IMG/VR virus record: IMGVR_UViG_3300042368_001013
Span: 1-64,000 of that record
Length of the DNA: 64,000 bases
Origin: a virus
Reading direction: 5' to 3' (one strand)
Each line of letters opens with the position of its first letter. Position 1 is the first letter of the stretch. Under the pieces are notes generated by a model. That model ran no database searches, had not been told where the DNA came from, and saw nothing but the letters and a program-made list of their open reading frames with translations. Made by a program: the position numbers and the translations under genes. Of the stretch, positions 55,754 to 64,000 are shown piece by piece.

Positions 55754-56425
55754 ATGTTTGATCAATTTTATAACAAAAGCTTAAGAAAACTTGTAGTCGG
55801 ATTTGGAACATTATTTAATAATATTAATGTTAGTCACCAAAACCCAGATAATCCAAATGATCCTTTGGAAATACGAGTTCCAATAACTTATGCACCCCAA
55901 GAAAAATTTATTAGAAGGTTGTTGGAACCATCATCTATTACTGACACCACTAGAATTGAAAATCAACTTCCAAGATTAAGTTATATAATGACAACTGTGG
56001 TTCCTGATTCTACACGAAGAAGATCAAAATTTATGCCTTTATTTTCTTCAAACCAATCAGGAGGTCAATGTTCCTCTACAGGAAATGTTATTAATGAACA
56101 AGTTCCTGTAAATGTTGGTTTTAGTTTATATGTTTATACACGACATATTGATGATACCTTGCAGATTATAGAACAAATAATTCCATATTTCAATCCAGAT
56201 CATATCGTTGAATTGGATTTAAATGATGCTCAGACAAATGTAAGAATACCAATAATAATGACCAGCAGTAATATATCTGAGAGATTTGATGGAGATTTTG
56301 GTTCTAGAAGAGTAAATATTTCTTCTATATCTTTTATAGCTAAGAGTTACATATATGGAAAGGTTACGCCATCAGTTAGTACAATTACTTCTACTGATTT
56401 GGATTTTGATTTTAATAATGCTTAA
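55754..56425 (+). CDS. g15: Tail sheath stabiliser/terminator gp15
   Basis: FY....RK.V..FGTLFN, VPI.YAP.EKF, LPR and QI.EQI.PYF.P. Confidence 0.92.
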   Translation: MFDQFYNKSLRKLVVGFGTLFNNINVSHQNPDNPNDPLEIRVPITYAPQEKFIRRLLEPSSITDTTRIENQLPRLSYIMTTVVPDSTRRRSKFMPLFSSNQSGGQCSSTGNVINEQVPVNVGFSLYVYTRHIDDTLQIIEQIIPYFNPDHIVELDLNDAQTNVRIPIIMTSSNISERFDGDFGSRRVNISSISFIAKSYIYGKVTPSVSTITSTDLDFDFNNA

Positions 56426-56864
56426 TAAAAATTTAACAAACTTTTTTAATTTGCCGGATGAAAAAGAATCTAAAGTTTCTAAAGATGTTGCGGGGGGGAC
56501 ATTTGATTTAGGAAATTTTCAAAAAGATTATGAATCTGTTCAATTAAATTTAAAAGATTTAATACAAAATGGAAATGTTGCTTTAGAAAGTGCCCTTAAA
56601 GTTGCAACAGAATCAGATTCCCCAAGAGCTTTTGAGGTAGTTGCAATACTCTTAAAAACAATGGCAGATTTGAATAATAATGTTTTGGATGTTCATAAAA
56701 AAGCAAAAGCAACAACAGCAGATATAAAAACGTCAATTAAACAAACCAACAATGCAGTTTTTGTTGGATCAACCAAAGATCTTCAAAATCTGTTAAATAA
56801 AGAAAGAAGCACTGAAAAAGAAGTGATTGAAGCTGAGGTTGTAAAAGATGGCTCAAAGCAATAA
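56418..56864 (+). CDS. g16: Terminase small subunit gp16 (start revised)
   Basis: DYE....L..LI..G..AL...A.ES..PRAFEV and NNA.FVGST..LQ.LL. Confidence 0.9.
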   Translation: MLNKNLTNFFNLPDEKESKVSKDVAGGTFDLGNFQKDYESVQLNLKDLIQNGNVALESALKVATESDSPRAFEVVAILLKTMADLNNNVLDVHKKAKATTADIKTSIKQTNNAVFVGSTKDLQNLLNKERSTEKEVIEAEVVKDGSKQ

Positions 56865-58491
56865 CCAAGGTTATAGAAATAATCCAAAACTAAAGCATCC
56901 CGGTATTCAGTTAAATTATACTGAAGAAGAATTAAAAGAATACGTAAAATGTTCAAAAGATCCGGTTTATTTTTGTAGTAAATATGTAAAAGTTAAAACT
57001 CTAGACAGAGGAGTTATGCCCTTTGAACTATACGATTATCAGCAACGATTTGTAAAGACAATTCATGAAAATAGATTTACTATTTCAAAATGGCCTCGCC
57101 AATCAGGTAAATCTACATCAGTTATTGGTTACATTACACATTATGTGACCTTTAATCAGTCAGTAAGCTGTGCAATTCTGGCTAACAAGTTAAAAACTGC
57201 AAAAGATGAATTATTTGCTAAACTTCAATTAGCATATGAGAACTTACCACATTTTCTTCAACAGGGCGTGGTAGAATGGAACAAGACAAGCTTTAAACTG
57301 GAAAATGGGTCTAGAGTGGTCTGCGACGCAACATCGTCCTCGGCCATTCGTGGTGGCTCCTATAACCTTCTACTTTTGGACGAATACGCCTTCTTGCCTT
57401 CCCATATAGCAGAAGAATTTTATTCATCAACATACCCAACAATTTCAGCGGGTTTGACCACAAAACTTATTATTGTATCCACTCCAAATGGAATGAATCA
57501 TTTTCATAAACTTTGGATTGATGCAAATAGAGCAGAAGGGCATAAATTAAAAAATAAATTTGTGCCTATTGAGGTATCTTGGAGAGATGTCCCTATAACT
57601 CCCGGTGGCCCACGCAGAGATGACGTATGGGCAGCTGAACAGATAGCAAATACAAGCGAAGAACAATTTCAACAAGAATATGGTTGTAGCTTTCTTGGTT
57701 CATCTAATACTTTAATTTCTTCAACAAAATTAAATGTATTGGCTCCAGAAGAATTTTTGTCTGAAGATAAAGAAGGCATAAGAACATTTAGAGAACCAAA
57801 TAAAGATGATGTGTATTTTTTAATGGCTGACGTTTCTCGTGGCCAAGGGTCCGATTATTCAGCAATAACAGTAATAAATGGTAGCAAAACACCATATGAA
57901 GTTGTGGCTACATATAGAAACAATACAGTTAGTCCATTTCATTTCCCAACAATTATAAAAAATATTGCCGAAAAATATAATGGTGCTTATGTATTGGTTG
58001 AAACTAATGACATTGGTGGTCAAGTAGCAAATATTTTATATAATGATCTTGAATATGAAAATCTTTTAATGACCATCATTAAAGGAAGAAAGGGGCAAAT
58101 TTTATCTCAAGGATTTGCAAGCAACCGTAGTGAATTTGGACTTAGAACCACTGCCCAAACAAAAAAACTAGGTTGTTCTATTTTAAAAAGGTTAATCGAA
58201 GAAGATAAAATTTTAATAAATGACGATAGGGTCATACAAGAATTAATGACTTTTGTGTCCAAATCTAATACTTTTAAAGCTGATGACGGGCACAATGATG
58301 ATCTAGTAATGACTTTGGTGTTCTTTGCTTGGCTTTGTAGACAAGAATATTTTCCAGATTTAATTGAATCAGGAAAATTAAATTTTGAAGAAGCAAAAAA
58401 TGCAGAAGAAGATAATACTTTGTTTATGTTAAACCCACTTGACGACGAAGATAAATACTCCGATGGAGAGGTTGTATGGTATCCTGCATAA
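56848..58491 (+). CDS. g17: Terminase large subunit gp17
   Basis: Walker A RQSGKS, LLLDEYAF, STPNG, nuclease DVSRG and HNDDLVM. Confidence 0.97.
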   Translation: MAQSNNQGYRNNPKLKHPGIQLNYTEEELKEYVKCSKDPVYFCSKYVKVKTLDRGVMPFELYDYQQRFVKTIHENRFTISKWPRQSGKSTSVIGYITHYVTFNQSVSCAILANKLKTAKDELFAKLQLAYENLPHFLQQGVVEWNKTSFKLENGSRVVCDATSSSAIRGGSYNLLLLDEYAFLPSHIAEEFYSSTYPTISAGLTTKLIIVSTPNGMNHFHKLWIDANRAEGHKLKNKFVPIEVSWRDVPITPGGPRRDDVWAAEQIANTSEEQFQQEYGCSFLGSSNTLISSTKLNVLAPEEFLSEDKEGIRTFREPNKDDVYFLMADVSRGQGSDYSAITVINGSKTPYEVVATYRNNTVSPFHFPTIIKNIAEKYNGAYVLVETNDIGGQVANILYNDLEYENLLMTIIKGRKGQILSQGFASNRSEFGLRTTAQTKKLGCSILKRLIEEDKILINDDRVIQELMTFVSKSNTFKADDGHNDDLVMTLVFFAWLCRQEYFPDLIESGKLNFEEAKNAEEDNTLFMLNPLDDEDKYSDGEVVWYPA

Positions 58492-58523
58492 AATTCTAAA
58501 TATTTTTATTACAAGGTAAACGA

Positions 58524-59825
58524 ATGCCAACATTAAATTCTTTTATTTCCCCTTCAATCTTTAGCACCGAAAGTACTACAAATCCTTTATATGCAGGTAT
58601 GATCGCAGGAGCAACTTATGCGATCCCAACATTTACTGGTGCCAGCGGTGCCGCCTCAAACGATCCTGGTGGCCTTTATGGCTGGTTGATGTATAGCAGA
58701 ACCCAATTGGCAAACCCAGTTCGTGGTACCACTAGCGAAACATATATTGAATATTCAGACTATAATAGCTTTATAAACGATTTAAATCTTTTAAGTGGTA
58801 TAACTTATTGCTTAGTCTCAAGGACAACCGAAGGCGGTACACAAGGTTTCTTTTCATATGCTGGAACAAAAGTTACTCCAAGAACCAATGGATATGACTT
58901 TTTACATGCTTTAAATTATCTTTCTTACGGTGGTAGCCTTGTTATTGCTGGTACAACCACTGGACTTAAAAATTATTTAAATGCCAACTCCTACAAGTTA
59001 GATATTTTAATGGGACAAACAGGCAATACTGCTACTGTTCCATTTGTAAGAGATAATGATTATATCTTTGGAGTATTTGCATCAAGCAGTGATGGTGCGG
59101 GATTTACAGCAATTAACTATGATTCGTTAATGGGGCCTGCATTTGTTCCATTTAGCCAAGGTGCTACCGCATCCGATAGAATCTTTAATGTAGGGGCACA
59201 AAGTTTTAAAGCTCCGTTTGCAACAGATAGTTTAATTTCTAATACAACTCTTGAATACACAATTTCATCGGTATCAGATGTTGCTGGTGCATTTACCAGA
59301 TCTAAGAATACAAATAGTTTGCCATTAACTGTAGCTGGATCTAATTTTTCTACACCACTAAACACAAAAATTAATAACATTGTTGATTGGAGTGATGAAG
59401 CTACCAAAAATATTTACAAGAAAAACAGAGTTAATTTTTATACAAAAATTGATACTAATACTTTTACCAATTATTTCTTAGGATCTGATTTGGTTGGTGC
59501 TACTGCAGGTGCAGGTGCCACCTATACTTCATCTGAAAGAGTTGGTCCTGCATATCTACAAAATTATATTCAAAATAATGTAAATGACATTTTGCTCAAA
59601 TATATTTTTGCTATAAACAACTCTACAACCAGATCATCGGTAAGCACAGAAATAGGATCATTTATTCTAAGTATTTCGCAATACATTGATCCTACATTTA
59701 CTCAAATTATATGTGATACCACAAATAATACTGATAATTCTGCTACATTGAGTGCAGATGTAACAGTAAAACCAATTCTTTCGACAACCACTTATACAGT
59801 GACTGCATCAGTATCTAATACCTAA
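58524..59825 (+). CDS. g18: Tail sheath gp18 (short, divergent)
   Basis: A.NYL.YG..L, LY...VN, F..N...TR and ICD.TNNT...V.VKP motifs; synteny. Confidence 0.75.
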   Translation: MPTLNSFISPSIFSTESTTNPLYAGMIAGATYAIPTFTGASGAASNDPGGLYGWLMYSRTQLANPVRGTTSETYIEYSDYNSFINDLNLLSGITYCLVSRTTEGGTQGFFSYAGTKVTPRTNGYDFLHALNYLSYGGSLVIAGTTTGLKNYLNANSYKLDILMGQTGNTATVPFVRDNDYIFGVFASSSDGAGFTAINYDSLMGPAFVPFSQGATASDRIFNVGAQSFKAPFATDSLISNTTLEYTISSVSDVAGAFTRSKNTNSLPLTVAGSNFSTPLNTKINNIVDWSDEATKNIYKKNRVNFYTKIDTNTFTNYFLGSDLVGATAGAGATYTSSERVGPAYLQNYIQNNVNDILLKYIFAINNSTTRSSVSTEIGSFILSISQYIDPTFTQIICDTTNNTDNSATLSADVTVKPILSTTTYTVTASVSNT

Positions 59826-59828
59826 TAA

Positions 59829-60401
59829 ATGTCATCTAACAATTCAATATCCAATTTTAAAAATGCATTTGGCGGTGGTACTAGAGCCAATAGGTTTGAA
59901 GTGACCGGAATTTTTCCAACTGTTGATGATTTTGGTGTTGGGCCTGTATCAGTTGGGGCTAATGAAACAAAATTTAAAATTTTTGCTACAAGTATGCCTA
60001 AAGCAGAAGTCGGAACAATTCAAGTTCCATATAGAGGTAGACTTTTAAATTTTGCTGGAGACAGATCATATGGCAACTGGGCAGTTTCAATATATGATGA
60101 CAATAATACTAATAATCTATGGAAAGCTTTTAATACTTGGAAAGAATTATTAGACGGCCATTTAACACATCAAGTTGCAAATAGTGATTTTGATTATAGT
60201 ACTTTACAAAGAGATTGGACTGTAAAACAACTTCCTTTAAATGGACAACCAAGCGGAACTACTCCATTAAGACAAATAACTTTAAAAAATTGTTGGCCAA
60301 GCCAGATCAGTAGCATGGATTTTGATATGGCAAAAGCAGATCAAACAATATTTAATGTCGTATTGACATTTGATTGGTATTCAATAGATATAGGTATCTG
60401 A
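59829..60401 (+). CDS. g19: Tail tube gp19
   Basis: GG.R.N.FEV, VPYRGR....AGDR...W, L..CWP. Confidence 0.88.
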   Translation: MSSNNSISNFKNAFGGGTRANRFEVTGIFPTVDDFGVGPVSVGANETKFKIFATSMPKAEVGTIQVPYRGRLLNFAGDRSYGNWAVSIYDDNNTNNLWKAFNTWKELLDGHLTHQVANSDFDYSTLQRDWTVKQLPLNGQPSGTTPLRQITLKNCWPSQISSMDFDMAKADQTIFNVVLTFDWYSIDIGI

Positions 60402-60403
60402 AC

Positions 60404-60958
60404 ATGACAATACACATTTCTGATTTTAAAAATGCATTTTCGGGGGGAGCAAGACAAAATAGATTTGTTGTAACTGGAAATTTTCCAGGAGATGAACAAA
60501 GTGGTGGATCTGTATCATCATTTCATATAAGAGCCACACAAATTCCATCATTGTCAACTTTAACTTTAGAATACAATTATTTTGGTAGAAAAGGTTATTA
60601 TCCAGGAGAAAAACAATATTCTGCTTGGAGTGTTGCGATTATAGATGATACACCAGAATTATATAATAGCTGGAAAAAATTTCATAATTGGCAAAATCAA
60701 ATAAACGCACATACTACTAATATTTCTGATTTTCCCATAAATTATAAACAAGATGGCTGGACTGTTCAGCAACTAAACTTAAATGGTGAGGCAGATCCTT
60801 CATTAAAACAATTTAAGATGTATGGAGTTTGGCCGAGAAGTATCATGGATATGCCTCTTAATATGGCCAACCCAAACACAATAAATCAATTTACTGTTGT
60901 TTTTATTTACGATTATATAGAACTATATGCAGGAACTAATAAGATAACTGGCACTTAA
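60404..60958 (+). CDS. g19: Second tail tube gp19 paralog
   Basis: GGAR.NRF.V, Y.GR....PG...Y..W, VQQL, G.WP, F.V.F.YDY. Confidence 0.82.
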   Translation: MTIHISDFKNAFSGGARQNRFVVTGNFPGDEQSGGSVSSFHIRATQIPSLSTLTLEYNYFGRKGYYPGEKQYSAWSVAIIDDTPELYNSWKKFHNWQNQINAHTTNISDFPINYKQDGWTVQQLNLNGEADPSLKQFKMYGVWPRSIMDMPLNMANPNTINQFTVVFIYDYIELYAGTNKITGT

Positions 60959-60979
60959 TAAAAGGTGATAAATAATCAT

Positions 60980-62536
60980 ATGGAAATTGAACTATTTGGA
61001 TTTGAATTTGGAAAGAAAAAGACTGCAGAAAAAACTCAAGAAGATATTTTGCAAAAATTTTCAGTACCCGAGACTTACGATGGTACTGTAACTGTTGAGG
61101 CTGGTGGGTTTTTTAGTAGTGCTATTGATTATACTGGTGCGCTAAGAGACGAATCAAGTAACATTATTCAATATAGAAATATGGCCGTTTATCCTGAAGT
61201 AGATAATGCCATAGAAGAAATTGTTAATGCAGCCGTAGTAAAAGGAACTGACGGAAAGCCTGTTAAGATTGATTTGCGTGATGTTCCCATTTCCGATGGA
61301 ATCAAAACTAAAATATACAAAGAATTTGATAGACTTACTCATCTATTAGATTTTCAAAACCGTGGATATGAAATTTTTAGAAGATGGTATATTGATTCAA
61401 AACTTTTTTATAATGTTATAATTGATAAAGATAATCCACAAGAGGGAATACAAGAGATTATTCCAATTGATCCTTTAAAGATTAAAAAGATTCGTAAAGT
61501 AAAAAAAGAACCACAAAAGGGTTTTCAACAACCCATAAGCATGATAACAGAAATTGAAGAATATTATCTTTATACAGATTCTGATAAAGATTCTTATCTG
61601 TTAACTGGCCCCGGTGGTCTTCATCTTTCCACAGATAGTATTGTTTATGTTCAATCTGGTTTAATTGACATGAATACCAAGAGAGTTCTTGGTTATCTGC
61701 ATAAAGCCATAAGACCATTAAACATGCTTAGACAACTAGAAGATGCTCTTCTAGTTTACCGCGTAGCTCGTGCCCCAGAACGCAGAGTGTTCTATGTTGA
61801 CGTTGGTCAATTACCAAAACAAAAAGCAGAACAATATATGCGTGATATGATGAGCCGATTTAGAAATCGGGTAATTTATAACCAAAGTACTGGTGAAATT
61901 AGAGACGAAAAAAACCATGTCTCAGTTTTGGAAGATTATTGGTTGCCACGGCGTGAAGGTTCACAAGGAACACAAATTATAACTCTTCCCGGTGGTAATG
62001 CAATGTCACAAATTGAAGACGTTGATTACTTTAAAAAGAAGCTTTATAATTCTTTGAATGTCCCCCTTAGCCGTTTGGTTGCTGATCAAACTGGATTTAA
62101 CATGGGTAGGTCTGTTGAAATTACCAGAGAAGAAGTAAAGTTTTATAAATTTATTGATAGACTCAGAGCGCATTTCTCAAAACTATTTTATGATATGTTG
62201 CGCGTACAATTGTTGCTACGTGGAATAGTCACAGAAGACGATTGGGCTGCATTAAAGCAAGAAATTAAATTTGTTTATAATACTGACAATTATTTCTGGG
62301 ATCTAAAAGAAGCTGAAATTCTTGCGGAACGCATCAAGATGCTTTCTATAGTTGAGCCATACGTTGGAAAGTATTTCTCGTCAGAATTTATTCGTAGAAA
62401 AATATTGAAGCAAACTGATGAAGAGATGCAAGTAATAGATCAACAAATGAAAATAGACATAGAAAAAATGCGTCAACAACAGATGCAACAGGCTATGTTG
62501 CAGCAAATGCAAGCACAAACAGGACAAGAACAATGA
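60980..62536 (+). CDS. g20: Portal protein gp20
   Basis: YR.MA..PEVD.AI, YLHKAI..LN.LR..ED, RAPERRVFYVDVG and EDYWLPRREG. Confidence 0.97.
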   Translation: MEIELFGFEFGKKKTAEKTQEDILQKFSVPETYDGTVTVEAGGFFSSAIDYTGALRDESSNIIQYRNMAVYPEVDNAIEEIVNAAVVKGTDGKPVKIDLRDVPISDGIKTKIYKEFDRLTHLLDFQNRGYEIFRRWYIDSKLFYNVIIDKDNPQEGIQEIIPIDPLKIKKIRKVKKEPQKGFQQPISMITEIEEYYLYTDSDKDSYLLTGPGGLHLSTDSIVYVQSGLIDMNTKRVLGYLHKAIRPLNMLRQLEDALLVYRVARAPERRVFYVDVGQLPKQKAEQYMRDMMSRFRNRVIYNQSTGEIRDEKNHVSVLEDYWLPRREGSQGTQIITLPGGNAMSQIEDVDYFKKKLYNSLNVPLSRLVADQTGFNMGRSVEITREEVKFYKFIDRLRAHFSKLFYDMLRVQLLLRGIVTEDDWAALKQEIKFVYNTDNYFWDLKEAEILAERIKMLSIVEPYVGKYFSSEFIRRKILKQTDEEMQVIDQQMKIDIEKMRQQQMQQAMLQQMQAQTGQEQ

Positions 62537-62952
62537 TGGATTTATCTACTAAAATTTTAAAAAATGGAATTCAAAACCTTTTAGAGGATGAAGATCAAGC
62601 TTTTAAAAAGTCTCTTTCTGATTGTTTATCATTTAAAATTAATGAAGCAATAAATGAAGTAAAAGAAAATTTAAATGAAAAGTTTTTTGTCAATGAATCC
62701 ATTACTGAGGAATCAGACGAATTAAAATATTTTATTGAGTTTGTTGAAAAATATGATTCAAAACTCAATAATAAAATTAAATTAAAAAACCAATCTTACT
62801 TATCTTTAACTGAAGGAGAATTTAAAGATTTAGTAAATTTGTTTGATAGTTTGTCTTCTAAAAATAGACAAATTATGCTTGAAGATATTTTAAGCACTCC
62901 ACATCAACTTAAATCAAATATTAATTTTTATAAAAATTATAAAAATAAATAA
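62533..62952 (+). CDS. Putative prohead core protein
   Basis: Position between gp20 and gp21; several L/I-x-E sites. Confidence 0.55.
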   Translation: MMDLSTKILKNGIQNLLEDEDQAFKKSLSDCLSFKINEAINEVKENLNEKFFVNESITEESDELKYFIEFVEKYDSKLNNKIKLKNQSYLSLTEGEFKDLVNLFDSLSSKNRQIMLEDILSTPHQLKSNINFYKNYKNK

Positions 62953-62986
62953 TCACAGTCTTTAACAATAATAAATAATAATAACC

Positions 62987-63478
62987 ATGGAAAATAAAGT
63001 TTCAAATTTAATTAAAAATGTTTTAGAAGAAAATGCTGTTAAGTTTAAAGAACATACTTCTGAAATTTTGTATTCAAAAGTTTCAAATAGATTGAAACAA
63101 CAATATGTTGAAGTTTCTAAAAACTTATTCAAGAATATAAATGAAAGGGTAGGATATCCGGAGTATATTGTTGAACCGGAAATGTCTGCACCTCCTCCTG
63201 CAAAAGGTGATGATAAACCTTCAAAAGAAAAAGGTTGGCCTGATCCAGGACCACCTCCAAGAAATCCATATCCAGATGGTCCTGGACCAAAGCCAGAACG
63301 TAAAAATTTTCCAAAAGGCCCTGAAGGCAATGAATTATATTTGGAAGCTCTGAGTGCTTGGGAGGCAAGAATAAAAGCAATACAAGAATATAAAAAGAAA
63401 TATGCAGAATGGTATACTGCATATCAAAGGTGGAGAGGTAAGTATCCAACAACAGGTCCTGATGCTCCACAATCATAA
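62987..63478 (+). CDS. Putative prohead core protein with Pro-rich C-terminal extension
   Basis: gp67-like N-terminus ending INE, followed by a Pro-rich region. Confidence 0.6.
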   Translation: MENKVSNLIKNVLEENAVKFKEHTSEILYSKVSNRLKQQYVEVSKNLFKNINERVGYPEYIVEPEMSAPPPAKGDDKPSKEKGWPDPGPPPRNPYPDGPGPKPERKNFPKGPEGNELYLEALSAWEARIKAIQEYKKKYAEWYTAYQRWRGKYPTTGPDAPQS

Positions 63479-63496
63479 AGATAAGAAAGATAATAA

Positions 63497-64000
63497 ATGA
63501 AACTTATAACAGAATTAACAGAAGACATCAAATACATCAAAGAGAATGTAGGCAATGGAGATAAACATTACTTCATTGAAGGTGTTTTCATGCAGTCTGA
63601 TGTTAAGAACAGAAACGGTCGGATATACCCCACCAACACTCTTTTAAAAGAGTGCAAAAGATATATCAACGAATACGTTCAAAAAGGCCGCGCTCTTGGT
63701 GAATTAAACCACCCAACTGGCCCAACTGTTAATCTTGATAGGGTTTCACATATCGTAAAAGAACTTTACCAAGATGGTAAAAATGTTTATGGTAAAGCCA
63801 AAGTTCTTGATACCCCAATGGGTAAGATTGTAAAAAATCTTATTGATGAAGGAGCTCAACTCGGAGTTTCTACACGTGGTATGGGTTCCCTAAAATCAAA
63901 AGGCGGATATCAAGAAGTCCAAGAAGATTTTATGTTAGCCGCTATCGACATTGTTGCTGATCCATCAGCCCCAAATGCTTTCGTTAATGGAATCATGGAA
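63497..64000 (+). CDS. g21: Prohead protease gp21 (3'-truncated by window)
   Basis: MKLITE, IEGVFMQ...NRNGRIYP, GELNHP, GVSTRGMGSL and DIVADPSAP.AFV. Confidence 0.95.
   Translation, partial: MKLITELTEDIKYIKENVGNGDKHYFIEGVFMQSDVKNRNGRIYPTNTLLKECKRYINEYVQKGRALGELNHPTGPTVNLDRVSHIVKELYQDGKNVYGKAKVLDTPMGKIVKNLIDEGAQLGVSTRGMGSLKSKGGYQEVQEDFMLAAIDIVADPSAPNAFVNGIME

Overview
A 64-kb segment of a large T4-like (myovirus-type) bacteriophage genome. The right third (43.7-64 kb) is the conserved T4 core: gp33, gp32, gp26/gp51, gp54-like, gp4, gp48, gp53, hub, gp25, gp6, gp13-gp20 and a partial gp21. The left and middle parts are accessory. They hold nine tRNAs, a circularly permuted two-piece tmRNA, several non-canonical structured RNAs, auxiliary enzymes (2OG-Fe(II) oxygenase, TrmH-like methyltransferase, GuaC, DenV-like glycosylase, lysozyme, nucleotidyltransferase) and two families of putative capsid-internal proteins. 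A sharply GC-rich island (~15.9-26.6 kb) sits in the otherwise AT-rich genome. It consists of small cassettes with near-consensus sigma70 promoters whose ATG usually lies at the predicted +1 (leaderless). Six cassettes carry a conserved CTACTATCAG...CTGATAGTAG palindrome plus a phased GTCC(G/C/T)ATAAC box. Island promoters mostly have a 17-bp spacer, whereas sigma70-type promoters elsewhere have 16 bp. Late TAAATA promoters mostly sit 5 nt before the ATG. This points to a three-tier, largely leaderless transcription programme with a GC-to-AT codon switch supported by phage tRNAs. A GC-rich host such as a planctomycete is inferred, not shown. All calls come from reading the sequence; no database searches were run.
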